Positions 25,262 to 35,348 of a stretch of DNA of 64,000 nucleotides are shown here, in pieces. The stretch is taken from NCBI GenBank assembly GCA_964645795.1, contig CAZYCL010000003.1, forward strand, positions 17,163 to 81,162. The letters run 5' to 3'. Position numbers and translations under genes: made by a program. The DNA is from an uncultured Planctomycetales bacterium (GTDB lineage: Bacteria; Omnitrophota; Gorgyraeia; Gygaellales; Profunditerraquicolaceae). Under the pieces are notes generated by a model. The model was not told the origin of the DNA and ran no database searches. It worked only from the letters and a program-made list of their open reading frames with translations. The stretch's first letter is position 1. Every line of letters starts with the position of its first letter.

Positions 25262-26423
25262 GGATATTGACTTCAGGGATAAGACCGTGCTTATGCGGGC
25301 GGATTTCAATGTCCCGCAGGATGCCAATTTAGCTATTATGGACGATACGCGCATCAGGGCGACGCTTGCGACCATAAAATTCATCCTTCAGGGCGGGGTA
25401 AAGAAGCTTATTCTCATGAGCCATCTGGGCAGGCCTGATGGTAAGGTTGTAGCCAAGTATAGCCTGAAGCCTGTCAGTGAAAAGCTCTCCCAGCTTTTGG
25501 CCGAGCCGGTCAAATTCCTCAGTGAATGCGTCGGAGAAGCAGTAAAGAAGGATATCCTGGACTCCAAAGAAAGGGTTATCCTGCTTGAAAATCTCAGGTT
25601 CCACGCTGAAGAAGAAGCTAATGATGCTGGTTTTGCCAGGGAGCTGGCTTCTCTGGCAGAGGTGTTTGTAAATGATGCCTTTGGAACAGCTCACCGCGCC
25701 CACGCCTCGACCGAAGGAGTGACACATTACCTTAAATCAGCCGCCGGGTTTTTGCTGGAGAAAGAGATCCAATATCTTGGAGGCGCCGTAGCGAATCCCC
25801 AGAAACCCTTTATGCTGATCTTGGGAGGGGCTAAGGTTTCGGATAAGATAAAGCTTATCGATAATCTCCTGCCCAAGTGCGATTCCATCATTATCGGAGG
25901 AGGCATGGCTTATACTTTTCTGAAGGCCCAGGGTAAGCCTATAGGCAACTCAAAGCTGGAAAAAGATAAGATCGAGTTTGCCAGTTCTATGCTGGAGAAG
26001 GCCAAGGCCCTTAAAAAAGAGATCGTTTTGCCAATTGACCACGTAGTAGTGGATAACGTTGCCGCGGATGCCAAATCGGAGGTTGTGGGCGAAAATATTC
26101 CGGAAGGCAAGATTGCCGTGGATATCGGCCCAAAGAGCATCAGGCTTTTTGAGGAGAAGCTTAAAGTTGCCAGAACAATAGTCTGGAACGGGCCGATGGG
26201 GATATTCGAGATGGATGTTTTTAGTAAGGGGTCGTTGGAGATCGCCAAATTCATCGCCGGCCTTAAATGCACCTCCATTATTGGCGGGGGGGATACAGCG
26301 GCGGCAATAGCGAAATTCAAACTGGAAGACAAGATGACGCATATATCTACCGGAGGCGGGGCAAGCCTTGAGTTCCTTGAGGGTAAGGCCCTTCCGGGGG
26401 TATCGGCGCTTACGGAGAAGTAG
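25242..26423 (+). CDS. pgk: Phosphoglycerate kinase
   Basis: MPKLTIKDIDFRDKTVLMRADFNVP...; classic Pgk throughout. Confidence 0.95.
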   Translation: MPKLTIKDIDFRDKTVLMRADFNVPQDANLAIMDDTRIRATLATIKFILQGGVKKLILMSHLGRPDGKVVAKYSLKPVSEKLSQLLAEPVKFLSECVGEAVKKDILDSKERVILLENLRFHAEEEANDAGFARELASLAEVFVNDAFGTAHRAHASTEGVTHYLKSAAGFLLEKEIQYLGGAVANPQKPFMLILGGAKVSDKIKLIDNLLPKCDSIIIGGGMAYTFLKAQGKPIGNSKLEKDKIEFASSMLEKAKALKKEIVLPIDHVVVDNVAADAKSEVVGENIPEGKIAVDIGPKSIRLFEEKLKVARTIVWNGPMGIFEMDVFSKGSLEIAKFIAGLKCTSIIGGGDTAAAIAKFKLEDKMTHISTGGGASLEFLEGKALPGVSALTEK

Positions 26424-26426
26424 GCC

Positions 26427-27200
26427 TTGCGAAAAACTATTATTGCGGGAAACTGGAAGCTTTATAAGACCATCAGCGAGGCGATAGAGCTGTCAAACGG
26501 GCTCAAGCGGGAGCTCTTTGACCTGGATTTTGATTCTATTGAGGTCGTGCTTTGTCCGGTCTATACCGCCCTTTCCGAAGTTTCGCAGATCCTAAGTGAA
26601 TCCGGCATGCAGCTTGGCGCGCAGGATGCCTACTGGGTTGATGAGGGCGCCTTTACCGGGGAGGTTTCCTGCAAGATGCTTAAAGACGCCGGTTGCAGCT
26701 TCGTTATCATAGGCCATTCAGAAAGGCGGCAGTATTTCGCGGAGACTAACCAAACGGTCAACAATAAGGTCAAGGCCGCCCTCGGCCACGGGCTTACGCC
26801 TATAATGTGCGTAGGAGAAACGCTTGCCGAAAGGGAGAAAAACCTCACCTTTAAGGTCATCGAAGACCATGTCAGGGGAGGGCTTAAGGATATCGACGCC
26901 GGGCAGGCTCACGAGATCGTCATCGCCTACGAGCCGGTCTGGGCCATTGGCACAGGAAAGACCGCAACGCCTGCCCAGGCGCAGGAGGCGCATAAATACA
27001 TACGCGGCCTTCTTGAGCAGCTCTATGACAGGGAAACGGCGGATGAGATCAGGATCCAGTATGGCGGCAGCGTTAAGCCTGAGAATATCTCGGAGCTTAT
27101 GCGCCAGCCCGATATTGATGGGGCGCTGGTCGGCGGGGCAAGCCTTAAGGTCGATTCGTTCTCGGTTATTGTACGTAACAGCGCGGGAGTAAAAAAATGA
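26427..27200 (+). CDS. tpiA: Triose-phosphate isomerase (TTG start)
   Basis: (L/M)RKTIIAGNWKLYKT..., ...IGHSERR..., ...AYEPVWAIGTGKTAT... Confidence 0.95.
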   Translation: MRKTIIAGNWKLYKTISEAIELSNGLKRELFDLDFDSIEVVLCPVYTALSEVSQILSESGMQLGAQDAYWVDEGAFTGEVSCKMLKDAGCSFVIIGHSERRQYFAETNQTVNNKVKAALGHGLTPIMCVGETLAEREKNLTFKVIEDHVRGGLKDIDAGQAHEIVIAYEPVWAIGTGKTATPAQAQEAHKYIRGLLEQLYDRETADEIRIQYGGSVKPENISELMRQPDIDGALVGGASLKVDSFSVIVRNSAGVKK

Positions 27201-27592
27201 CTATACTGTTGATCATTATCCATGTTGTCGCCTGCATAGCTCTTATCGGCATTGTTCTCATACAAAGAGGAAGAGGAGGGGGGTTGGTCGAGTCGTTTTC
27301 CAGCGTTGAATCGATGTTCGGCCCGAAGACCAGCGCTTTTCTGACCAAGAGCACAAGCGTTCTTTCCGTAGTATTTTTTATCACATGTTTGAGCCTGGCG
27401 ATACTGTCGGTAAAGCAGAGCAGGTCTTTGATGCGCGGAGTTGATGGGAGAGGGGCACCCCGGACGGATATGCCGCAAACCTCCTCGCAAACGGCGGATA
27501 GAACGGACCAGGCCCAACCGCCGGCTCAACCCGAAAGCAAAGGACTTGCTGAACAGGCCGGGGATAAAGAGGCCGCTAAAACCAGTCAATAA
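27197..27592 (+). CDS. secG: Preprotein translocase subunit SecG
   Basis: MTILLIIIHVVACIALIGIVLIQRGRGGG...MFG. Usual tpiA-secG linkage. Confidence 0.85.
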   Translation: MTILLIIIHVVACIALIGIVLIQRGRGGGLVESFSSVESMFGPKTSAFLTKSTSVLSVVFFITCLSLAILSVKQSRSLMRGVDGRGAPRTDMPQTSSQTADRTDQAQPPAQPESKGLAEQAGDKEAAKTSQ

Positions 27593-27626
27593 CCCTATGG
27601 CTGTCAAGCGCTGGGGGTTTTGTGCC

Positions 27627-27656
27627 AAGGCTACCTTCAAAGGTAGCCTTTTTTTG
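27627..27656 (+). terminator. Rho-independent terminator after secG
   Basis: AAGGCTACCT (27627-27636), loop TCAA, AGGTAGCCTT (27641-27650), TTTTTT. Confidence 0.75.
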
Positions 27657-27673
27657 CGGGCAGGCCCGTTATT

Positions 27674-28828
27674 ATGAGGCTTTTTACGGACAGAAGACTG
27701 TTTTGGATTTTTGCGTTAAGCAGCTCCGTATATTTTGTGCAGGGCATTGAAGGGTTGCCTTCGCAGGGGCTGTTTTATTTTTTTAAAGAGACTCTCGGGA
27801 TGCCCGCGGAGAAGATCATGATCCTGGGCACGGTCACTACCGCTGCCTGGGTAATAAAGCCCTTTATAGGCTTCTTGATAGACAGCGTCTTCTCCAAGAA
27901 GGCCTGGATTTACCTGTCTTTGGTTTTTGATATCCTGCTGGTAATAGGCCTGGGCCTTTTGAATATGCCCCTGGTCATGCTGGTGGCGATGCTGATACTG
28001 TCTTCGGCCAACGCCGCCTTCAGGGATGTCAGCGTTGACGGCATCATGTGCGTCGAAGGCAAGAAAGCGGGCCTGACCGGCAAGATCCAGAGCGTTCAGT
28101 GGATATCCATATCCGCGGCCATGCTCATAAACGGGGCGGCAGGGGGTTACATCGCCGAACATTGGGGTTACCAGGCGGCATTCTTATGCCTTATCCCGTT
28201 TTACATCATCACGGGAATTTTCGCGTTCTTGTACAAGGATGAGTCTGTGCCTTGCGCCGATAAGGCCAGGCTTTTAGCCGATTTAAGGTCGCTTTTCAGC
28301 AATAAAAAGCTCATCATTATCTGCCTGTTCATATTCCTTTACCGCTATTCGCCGTCATTCGGAACCCCTCTTTTCTTTATCCAGAGGGACGTCTTTAATT
28401 GGGACAAGATCTGGATCGGCGTATTGGGGACACTCGGGACGGCCTTTTCAATTATCGGGGCCCTGCTGTATTACAGGTTCAGCCAGAAGATAAAGATCAG
28501 GAAGTGGCTCTATATCTCTGTTCTTCTGGGCGCGTTGACCACCCTGACCTATCTTTATTATACTCCCGCCACAGCCGTCATTTATGACTGCGTCTATAGC
28601 CTGGTCGGGATGTTCATCTTTCTTATAGTCATGGATTTTATGGCCAGAAGCACGGTCCCGGGGCTGGAGGCTACTTCGTTTGCCCTTTTATGCAGTTTCA
28701 GCAATCTTGCTCTTTGGGCCAGCAATCTGTCGGGTGCGTTTTTATTCCCGCTGGTGGGGCTGAAGTGGCTGGTTATCGTCTCTTCGGCGACAAGCTTTTT
28801 GTGTTTGTTGCTGATAAGGAAAATATAA
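27674..28828 (+). CDS. MFS-type transporter, BT1 / folate-biopterin-transporter-like
   Basis: 384 aa, about 11-12 TM helices. N-terminal ...YFVQGIEGLPSQGLFYFFKETLGMPAEK... resembles the BT1 family start. Confidence 0.45.
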   Translation: MRLFTDRRLFWIFALSSSVYFVQGIEGLPSQGLFYFFKETLGMPAEKIMILGTVTTAAWVIKPFIGFLIDSVFSKKAWIYLSLVFDILLVIGLGLLNMPLVMLVAMLILSSANAAFRDVSVDGIMCVEGKKAGLTGKIQSVQWISISAAMLINGAAGGYIAEHWGYQAAFLCLIPFYIITGIFAFLYKDESVPCADKARLLADLRSLFSNKKLIIICLFIFLYRYSPSFGTPLFFIQRDVFNWDKIWIGVLGTLGTAFSIIGALLYYRFSQKIKIRKWLYISVLLGALTTLTYLYYTPATAVIYDCVYSLVGMFIFLIVMDFMARSTVPGLEATSFALLCSFSNLALWASNLSGAFLFPLVGLKWLVIVSSATSFLCLLLIRKI

Positions 28829-28868
28829 ACATGCTTGTCTTTCCTAACTTTAGCTGTATAATTAAGTT

Positions 28869-29468
28869 ATGTCTTTAGACTATCAGTCGTACCTATCGGC
28901 TTTTATCCCGATATTTGTTGCGGTGGATGCCATAGGTAATCTGCCGGTTTTTATCTCTTTAGTCGGCAATCTCAGCAATAAGCAGAAGCGTAAGATAATC
29001 GTCCAGTCGGTAACTACCGCTACGATCATGGCTATTGCTTTTGTTTTTTTCGGAAAATGGGTGTTGAGTTTTCTTAGTATTACCATCCCCGATTTTCAGA
29101 TCGCCGGCGGCATCTTCTTATTCGTTATCGCGGCGCGTTTTTTGTTCCACGGCACGCAAAAGAGCGTCATCGTCAGTCCTCAGGACAAGGATATAGGGGT
29201 GTTCCCTTTAGGCACGCCGTTTATCACGGGGCCGGCGGTGCTTACTACGACGCTTATGATGCGCGACCATTACGGGCTTCTACCGACATTTGTGTCCCTG
29301 GTGCTTAATATGCTTTTTGTCTGGTTTACGCTGGTAAAAGCGAATATGATAATCAAGCTCATCGGAGAGGCGGGGACACGCGCATTTTCCAAGATCATGT
29401 ATATCTTATTGGGCGCTATCGCGGTGATGATGGTAAGGAAAGGCATAATGGGGGTATTCGCGCTATGA
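28869..29468 (+). CDS. MarC-family (UPF0056) integral membrane protein
   Basis: ...FIPIFVAVDAIGNLPVFISLV..., 199 aa, 6 TM helices. Confidence 0.8.
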   Translation: MSLDYQSYLSAFIPIFVAVDAIGNLPVFISLVGNLSNKQKRKIIVQSVTTATIMAIAFVFFGKWVLSFLSITIPDFQIAGGIFLFVIAARFLFHGTQKSVIVSPQDKDIGVFPLGTPFITGPAVLTTTLMMRDHYGLLPTFVSLVLNMLFVWFTLVKANMIIKLIGEAGTRAFSKIMYILLGAIAVMMVRKGIMGVFAL

Positions 29469-30691
29469 TGAAGAGAGTGCTTACGTTTATAATGGCCGGC
29501 GGAAAGGGCGAAAGACTCTATCCTTTGACCCGCGACAGGACCAAGCCCGCAGTTCCTTTTGGCGGGATATACCGCATAATCGATTTTACCTTAAGCAACT
29601 GTATCAATTCGGGGCTGCGCAGGATTTACCTTCTGACGCAGTATAAGTCCGCGTCTTTGCAGAGGCACATTCGTCTTGCCTGGAATATCCTGCCTTCCGA
29701 GCTTGATCAGTACATAGAGCTTTTGCCTGCCCAGCAGCGGGTAGGGGACTCCTGGTATTTAGGCACAGCCGATGCCATATTTCAGAACCTCTATTCCTTG
29801 GAGACCGACCACGCTGACGAAGTGCTGATTTTGGCAGGCGACCATATCTATAAAATGAATTATTACAGCATGATCAATTATCACCGGGAAAAGAACGCCG
29901 ACCTTACCGTTGGAGTTGTCGAGGCGGAAAAAGAGAAATCTCCTAATCTTGGGGTGGTAGAGGTGGACAGCTTCGGCAACATCATAGGGTTCCAGGAAAA
30001 GCCCAAAAACCCCAAGACCATACCGAACCAGCCCGATAAGATCTACGCTTCCATGGGTATTTATGTCTTTAACCGCAAGGCCCTGGAGCAGGAGCTTACG
30101 GAAGACTCCAAAAAGGCCAACTCCAACCACGATTTCGGCAAAGATATCATACCGCAGATGGTCAGGAAAGAATTGACCACCGCGGTATACAACTTCAGAG
30201 ATGAGAATAAGAAGGAGGCGCAGTACTGGAGGGATATCGGGACTATCGATGCCTACTACGAGGCCAATATGGACCTGGTCAGGGTTGACCCGATATTTAA
30301 TCTTTATGACAGGGAGTGGCCCATAAGGACCCTGCAGGAGCAGTGCCCTCCGGCAAAGACGGTTTTTGCGGGAGAGGAGGTCACGGGCAGGATCGGCTTG
30401 GTACTTGATTCCGTGGTCTCCAGCGGTTGTATCGTTTCCGGCGGCAGGGTGCAGCGCTCCATACTCAGTCCCAACGTCAGGGTCAACAGCTATTCCCAGG
30501 TCTATGACTCCATCCTTATGGAGGGCGTTAACGTCGGAAGATACTCCAAGATCCGCAGGGCGATCATCGATAAGGACGTGAATATCCCGCAGGGCATGGT
30601 CATCGGCTATGACCCTGAAGAAGACAAGAAAAGGTTCTTTGTAAGCGACTCCGGCATAGTGGTCGTGGCCAAGGGCACCTCAATCAAATAA
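29465..30691 (+). CDS. glgC: Glucose-1-phosphate adenylyltransferase
   Basis: ...VLTFIMAGGKGERLYPLTRDRTKPAVPFGGIYRIIDFTLSNCINSG... plus the left-handed beta-helix C-terminus. Confidence 0.9.
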   Translation: MMKRVLTFIMAGGKGERLYPLTRDRTKPAVPFGGIYRIIDFTLSNCINSGLRRIYLLTQYKSASLQRHIRLAWNILPSELDQYIELLPAQQRVGDSWYLGTADAIFQNLYSLETDHADEVLILAGDHIYKMNYYSMINYHREKNADLTVGVVEAEKEKSPNLGVVEVDSFGNIIGFQEKPKNPKTIPNQPDKIYASMGIYVFNRKALEQELTEDSKKANSNHDFGKDIIPQMVRKELTTAVYNFRDENKKEAQYWRDIGTIDAYYEANMDLVRVDPIFNLYDREWPIRTLQEQCPPAKTVFAGEEVTGRIGLVLDSVVSSGCIVSGGRVQRSILSPNVRVNSYSQVYDSILMEGVNVGRYSKIRRAIIDKDVNIPQGMVIGYDPEEDKKRFFVSDSGIVVVAKGTSIK

Positions 30692-30692
30692 A

Positions 30693-31142
30693 ATGCTCAG
30701 GAAAGCCAGGGTAGCCGACGTTAAAGAGATCCATAAGCTGATAAACTTCTTTGCCAGACAGGATGTAATGCTCGCCCGTTCCCTGAACGAGCTCTACGAA
30801 AACCTCAGGGACTACTGGGTGATCGAAAGGTCCCGCAGGGTAATAGCCTGTTGTGCCCTGCACGTCTCCTGGGAGGAGCTGGCAGAGATCAAATCGCTGG
30901 CCGTGGATATGAAGCACCAGCGTTCGGGCCTCGGTTCGATGCTGGTTAAGAGCTGCCTTGAAGAAGCGGTAAAGCTCGGGGCCAAAAGGGTCTTTGCGCT
31001 GACGTATAAGCCGCAGTTTTTCAAGAAGCTCGGTTTTCGCATGATAAAGCACTCCGATCTTCCGCATAAAGTCTGGGCAGAGTGTATCCATTGCCCAAAA
31101 TTCCCCAATTGCCAGGAAGTCGCCCTTATAAGAAATCTCTAA
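30693..31142 (+). CDS. GNAT-family N-acetyltransferase (short ArgA-like)
   Basis: 149 aa with acetyl-CoA-binding ...HQRSGLGSMLV... motif. Confidence 0.65.
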   Translation: MLRKARVADVKEIHKLINFFARQDVMLARSLNELYENLRDYWVIERSRRVIACCALHVSWEELAEIKSLAVDMKHQRSGLGSMLVKSCLEEAVKLGAKRVFALTYKPQFFKKLGFRMIKHSDLPHKVWAECIHCPKFPNCQEVALIRNL

Positions 31143-31147
31143 ATTGC

Positions 31148-31175
31148 TTGTCAAAATTTATCGCTATGGTATAAT
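31148..31175 (+). promoter_or_regulatory. Sigma70-type promoter upstream of the acyl-CoA dehydrogenase (TTGTCA, 16-nt spacer, TATAAT)
   Basis: TTGTCA at 31148-31153 and TATAAT at 31170-31175. RBS GGAGGA lies before the ATG at 31202. Confidence 0.55.
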
Positions 31176-31201
31176 TTTTGGACAATTAATCGGAGGACGA
31201 A

Positions 31202-32359
31202 ATGGATTATTTGCTGACTGAAGAACAGAAGATGATCAAGGATCTGGCGCATAAGATCGCCGAAGAAAAGATCCGGCCGGTCGCCGCCAAGTATGACGAA
31301 AGCGAAGATTACCCCTGGGAGGTCATAAAGGTCATCGCCGAAAGCGATCTTTTCGGGCTATTTATCCCGGAGGAGTACGGCGGAATGAGCGTAAACGTCA
31401 TGAACCTGTGCCTGGCTACGGAGGAGTTTTCGCGAGCCTGCGGAGGTATCGCGGTTTGCTACGCCGCATCTGCCCTGGGGACCTTTCCGATAGTGCTTTT
31501 TGGCAACGAAGATCAGAAGCAGAGATATCTGCCTGATCTGGCAAAGGGAAAGAAAGTAGCGGCCTTTGCGGTTACCGAGCCCGAGGCAGGCTCCGACGCT
31601 TCGGCGATCAAGACCACCGCTAAAAAAGAAGGCGATCATTACGTGCTTAACGGCCTCAAGCATTTTATCACTAACGGCGGGGATGCCGAGACTTACGTAG
31701 TAATAGCCATGACCGATAAAAACAAGGGCGCGAGGGGAGCTTCGGCTTTTATCGTGGAGAAGGGCATGCCGGGATTCAGCTTTGGCAAAAAAGAAGACAA
31801 GTTCGGTATCCGCGCCTCCTCAACCAGGGAGTTGGTCTTTACCGACTGCAAAGTCCCGGCAAAAAACCTGTTGGCCAAAGAAGGCATGGGTTTTATCGTT
31901 ACCATGAAGACCTTTGATATGTCCAGGCCCGGAGTGGCTGCCCAGGCCCTGGGGATCGCCCAGGGGGCATTGGAGCTGGCAGTAAGGTATGCCAAGGAAA
32001 GGCATCAGTTCGGCAAATCCATATCCAGTTTCCAGGGGATACAGTGGATGCTGGCGGATATGGCGACAGGCGTTGAGACAGCCAGGGCCCTGGTATATGC
32101 CACGGCCAGGCTTGTCGATAGCGATAGCAAGAGCAAGGATATAGCCAAGGCTTCGGCTATGGCCAAGATGTATGCGTCGGATGTGGCGATGAAGGTTGCG
32201 GTTGATGCGCTCCAGATTTTCGGCGGCTACGGATATATGAGGGAGTACCCGATCGAAAAGTACGTGCGCGACGCCAAGATAACCCAGATCTACGAAGGCA
32301 CAAACCAGATACAGCGCAATATTATCGCCCTTGAGCTTATTAAGGAGTTAGCCCGCTAG
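31202..32359 (+). CDS. Acyl-CoA dehydrogenase (butyryl-CoA dehydrogenase-like)
   Basis: 385 aa. MDYLLTEEQKMIKDLAHKIAEEKIRP..., ...YGGMSVN..., C-terminal ...IYEGTNQIQRNIIA.... Confidence 0.9.
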   Translation: MDYLLTEEQKMIKDLAHKIAEEKIRPVAAKYDESEDYPWEVIKVIAESDLFGLFIPEEYGGMSVNVMNLCLATEEFSRACGGIAVCYAASALGTFPIVLFGNEDQKQRYLPDLAKGKKVAAFAVTEPEAGSDASAIKTTAKKEGDHYVLNGLKHFITNGGDAETYVVIAMTDKNKGARGASAFIVEKGMPGFSFGKKEDKFGIRASSTRELVFTDCKVPAKNLLAKEGMGFIVTMKTFDMSRPGVAAQALGIAQGALELAVRYAKERHQFGKSISSFQGIQWMLADMATGVETARALVYATARLVDSDSKSKDIAKASAMAKMYASDVAMKVAVDALQIFGGYGYMREYPIEKYVRDAKITQIYEGTNQIQRNIIALELIKELAR

Positions 32360-32363
32360 AGTT

Positions 32364-32726
32364 ATGGACGCTTGGCAGGAGAAGCGTGAATTTCCGAGAT
32401 TCGCACTCTCTGTCGATGTGGAGTACGCAAAGATAGAGGACGGCGGACATGGCTCTTCCTCCACCAGAAACATCAGCCAGGGCGGCGCATGCATTATCGC
32501 TTATGAGCGCTTTCGCGAGAACGATATCCTGACCCTGAAGCTTCATTTGTCCGATAAGCGCACCCTTAGCATCAATTGCAGGGTTGCCTGGGTAAGCGAG
32601 TTTGAGGTTAGCGCAGATGAACAGCAGAGGCGATTTGATGTGGGCGTAGAGTTCATAAACCTCCCGGAAGAAGAAAAGTCCGTTATAGCCGATCTTTTGT
32701 TTAAAGTTTCAGGCAATAAACCATGA
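32364..32726 (+). CDS. PilZ-domain protein
   Basis: ...KREFPRFALSVDVEY... (RxxxR) and ...NISQGGACII... (DxSxGG-like) c-di-GMP-binding motifs. Confidence 0.65.
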   Translation: MDAWQEKREFPRFALSVDVEYAKIEDGGHGSSSTRNISQGGACIIAYERFRENDILTLKLHLSDKRTLSINCRVAWVSEFEVSADEQQRRFDVGVEFINLPEEEKSVIADLLFKVSGNKP

Positions 32727-33505
32727 ATATAATCGTCTGTATAAAACAGGTCCCCGAGACTACGGATGTCAGGATCAACCCTGAGACCAATACCCTTATC
32801 CGGGACGGGGTCAAATCCATAATCAACCCTTTTGATATGTACGCCATAGAAGAGGGGGTGCGTTTAAAGGAGAAGACCGCCGGGAAGGTCACCGTGCTTA
32901 CTATGGGCCCGCCTCAGGCAGAAGCGGCACTGCGTGAAGCCATTTCGATGGGGGCAGACGATGGCATCCTTGTAAGCGACCGGGCTTTTGCCGGTTCGGA
33001 TACCTGGGCTACCAGTTATACCCTGGCGCAAGCTATCCGTAAGATCGGGCAATTCGATCTGGTCATTTGCGGCAAGCAGGCTTCCGATGGAGATACGGCG
33101 CAGGTAGGCCCCGGCATCGCTACCCACCTTGATATACCTCAGGTCACCTATGTAAAGAAGATAGAGGAAGTGAAGGAAAAGTCTTTACGCGTGGAGAGGA
33201 TGATGGAGGAAGGTTACGAGGTAATCGATACGCCCCTGCCCGGCCTACTTACCGTGGTCAAAGAGATCAACGAGCCGCGGATCCCTTCTTTGAAAGGATT
33301 GATGAGGGCAAAGTCGGCGAAGATAGCCTGCTGGGGGCAGAAGGATTTGAACCTGGATGTGCAGCAGATAGGCTTGTGCGGTTCTCCCACGCAGGTGGTA
33401 AAGATATTTTCCCCTCCCCAGAGAAGCGGCGGCCAGATCATTCAAGGCGAGGCCCCTGAAGTCGCCGGCAAGCTAGTCGAATTGCTTAAGGACGCAATCT
33501 TATAA
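32723..33505 (+). CDS. etfB: Electron transfer flavoprotein beta subunit
   Basis: MNIIVCIKQVPETTDVRINPETNTLIRDGVKSIINPFDMYAIEEG... Confidence 0.9.
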   Translation: MNIIVCIKQVPETTDVRINPETNTLIRDGVKSIINPFDMYAIEEGVRLKEKTAGKVTVLTMGPPQAEAALREAISMGADDGILVSDRAFAGSDTWATSYTLAQAIRKIGQFDLVICGKQASDGDTAQVGPGIATHLDIPQVTYVKKIEEVKEKSLRVERMMEEGYEVIDTPLPGLLTVVKEINEPRIPSLKGLMRAKSAKIACWGQKDLNLDVQQIGLCGSPTQVVKIFSPPQRSGGQIIQGEAPEVAGKLVELLKDAIL

Positions 33506-33507
33506 AT

Positions 33508-34710
33508 ATGCCCATACGGATAATCGTAGAAAAATGCACTGGTTGCACTCTTTGCGTGAAGGCCTGCCCGTTCGACGCCATCAGGATGGTCGATAAGAAG
33601 GCGGTCATTGATCTGAACAAGTGCACATTATGCGGGGCCTGCAAAGACGCCTGTAAATTCAAGGCAGTTATCATCGAGAAGACCCCGGCGGTCTGCGAGC
33701 TGCCCGATATCGGCGCTTATAAGGGCGTGTGGGTCTTTATCGAGCAGAAAAACGGCAAGGTGCAGTCCGTCTCCTATGAGCTTCTGAGTAAGGCAAGAGA
33801 GCTGGCAGAAAAAATCGGCGCATCGGTGGGCGCAGTGCTTATCGGACATAATCTGGAGGACCAGCTTAATGAGCTTATCTGGCGCGGCGCGGATAATATC
33901 TACCAGGTGGAAGCGCCGGAGATCGCCAACTTCCAGGATGAGCCTTACACCGAGATACTGGTGGAGCTGGTTAAGAAACATAAACCAGAGATCCTTCTTT
34001 GCGGGGCCACGGCCATCGGCAGGTCGCTTATATCAAGAGTGGCGATTAAATTGAAGGCCGGGCTTACCGCAGACTGCACAGGGCTGGATATCGACCCTCA
34101 GAAAAAGATACTTTTACAGACGCGACCGGCTTTCGGCGGCAACATCATGGCTACCATCATCAGTCCGAACCACCGGCCTCAGATGGCCACGGTCAGGCAC
34201 AAGGTCTTTGTTCCTATGGAGCCGGATAAGCGCCGCAAAGGCAAGATCATCAAGGAGAGCTTTGATCCTTGCCTTTACAGGTCCAGGACCAGGCTTATCG
34301 ATATAGTAGAGGAGATAGAGAACCTGGTGAACCTTGCGGAGGCGGATATCATCGTCTCCGGCGGCCGCGGTATGGGGGGAGCGGAAAGTTTCAGGCTGCT
34401 TCAAGACCTGGCGCATGTCTTGGGTGCCGCCGTCGGCTCTTCGCGCGCTGCGGTGGACTCAGGATGGATGCCATATTCCCACCAAGTTGGCCAGACCGGC
34501 AGGACAGTCGCCCCGAAATTATATATAGCCTGCGGCATATCCGGCCAGATCCAGCATCTGGTAGGTATGCAGTCTTCCAAGATAATCGTCGCCATAAACA
34601 AAGACCCCGATGCGCCCATCTTTAAGGTCGCCACTTACGGCGTTGTCGGCGATCTATTCCAGGTCGTTCCCGCCCTGACCAAGAAGTTCAAGGAAGCCCT
34701 AAAGAGATAA
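33508..34710 (+). CDS. etfA: Electron transfer flavoprotein alpha subunit with N-terminal 2x[4Fe-4S] ferredoxin domain
   Basis: N-terminal CTGCTLCVKACP ... CTLCGACKDACKF (two CxxCxxCxxxCP clusters) followed by the EtfA FAD-binding body (...SGQIQHLVGM...). Confidence 0.9.
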   Translation: MPIRIIVEKCTGCTLCVKACPFDAIRMVDKKAVIDLNKCTLCGACKDACKFKAVIIEKTPAVCELPDIGAYKGVWVFIEQKNGKVQSVSYELLSKARELAEKIGASVGAVLIGHNLEDQLNELIWRGADNIYQVEAPEIANFQDEPYTEILVELVKKHKPEILLCGATAIGRSLISRVAIKLKAGLTADCTGLDIDPQKKILLQTRPAFGGNIMATIISPNHRPQMATVRHKVFVPMEPDKRRKGKIIKESFDPCLYRSRTRLIDIVEEIENLVNLAEADIIVSGGRGMGGAESFRLLQDLAHVLGAAVGSSRAAVDSGWMPYSHQVGQTGRTVAPKLYIACGISGQIQHLVGMQSSKIIVAINKDPDAPIFKVATYGVVGDLFQVVPALTKKFKEALKR

Positions 34711-34785
34711 AGAAAACGTTTTCCTGCCATCCGTTTCCTGCCTTGAAATCAGCTTAAAATTAAGGCAAAATATATAGGAGTCACC

Positions 34786-35133
34786 ATGGAAACCCCAGAG
34801 CACGGAGAAAGAAGGTCATATACCCGTTTTCCCATTGCCATCCCGGCCGATGTTAACCTGGAAGGCATCCGCCTTAATCTTCACTGCCATACAGGGAATA
34901 TCAGCAGCCATGGCTTAAACATTTGCACTGCTTCATCAATACCGGAAGGAGCGCTTTTGGATATAGTCCTGGAGATCGAGGATAATCACGAACAGGTAAA
35001 CAGCAGGGGTTTGGCAGTCTGGAGCAAAAAGCAAGACCAGGGTAGATTTGTGACCGGAATCAGGTTTCTGGAAAAGTTTATTAACCCCGTCCCCTTAATC
35101 CTGCGCACCATCAAGCTGAACAGAAACTATTAA
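34786..35133 (+). CDS. PilZ-domain protein (second copy)
   Basis: ...RRSYTRFPIAIPADVN... and ...GNISSHGLNICTA... motifs. 115 aa. Confidence 0.6.
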   Translation: METPEHGERRSYTRFPIAIPADVNLEGIRLNLHCHTGNISSHGLNICTASSIPEGALLDIVLEIEDNHEQVNSRGLAVWSKKQDQGRFVTGIRFLEKFINPVPLILRTIKLNRNY

Positions 35134-35348
35134 ACTCTCCTAACACCATACCAATCTTGACGTTACAATAATCGTTTTAAATTATCTTGTAACTCGCTGT
35201 CTAACATATAGATACCTACTGCATACTTCATCAATTTACTGTGCATAACTGATTGCTTTACATGCTATTGCATGTATATGTCAAAGAATGTTAAAATATT
35301 CCTTGACAAATCTCCGTGATTTAATATTATATATGTAAAAGGAGAGCA

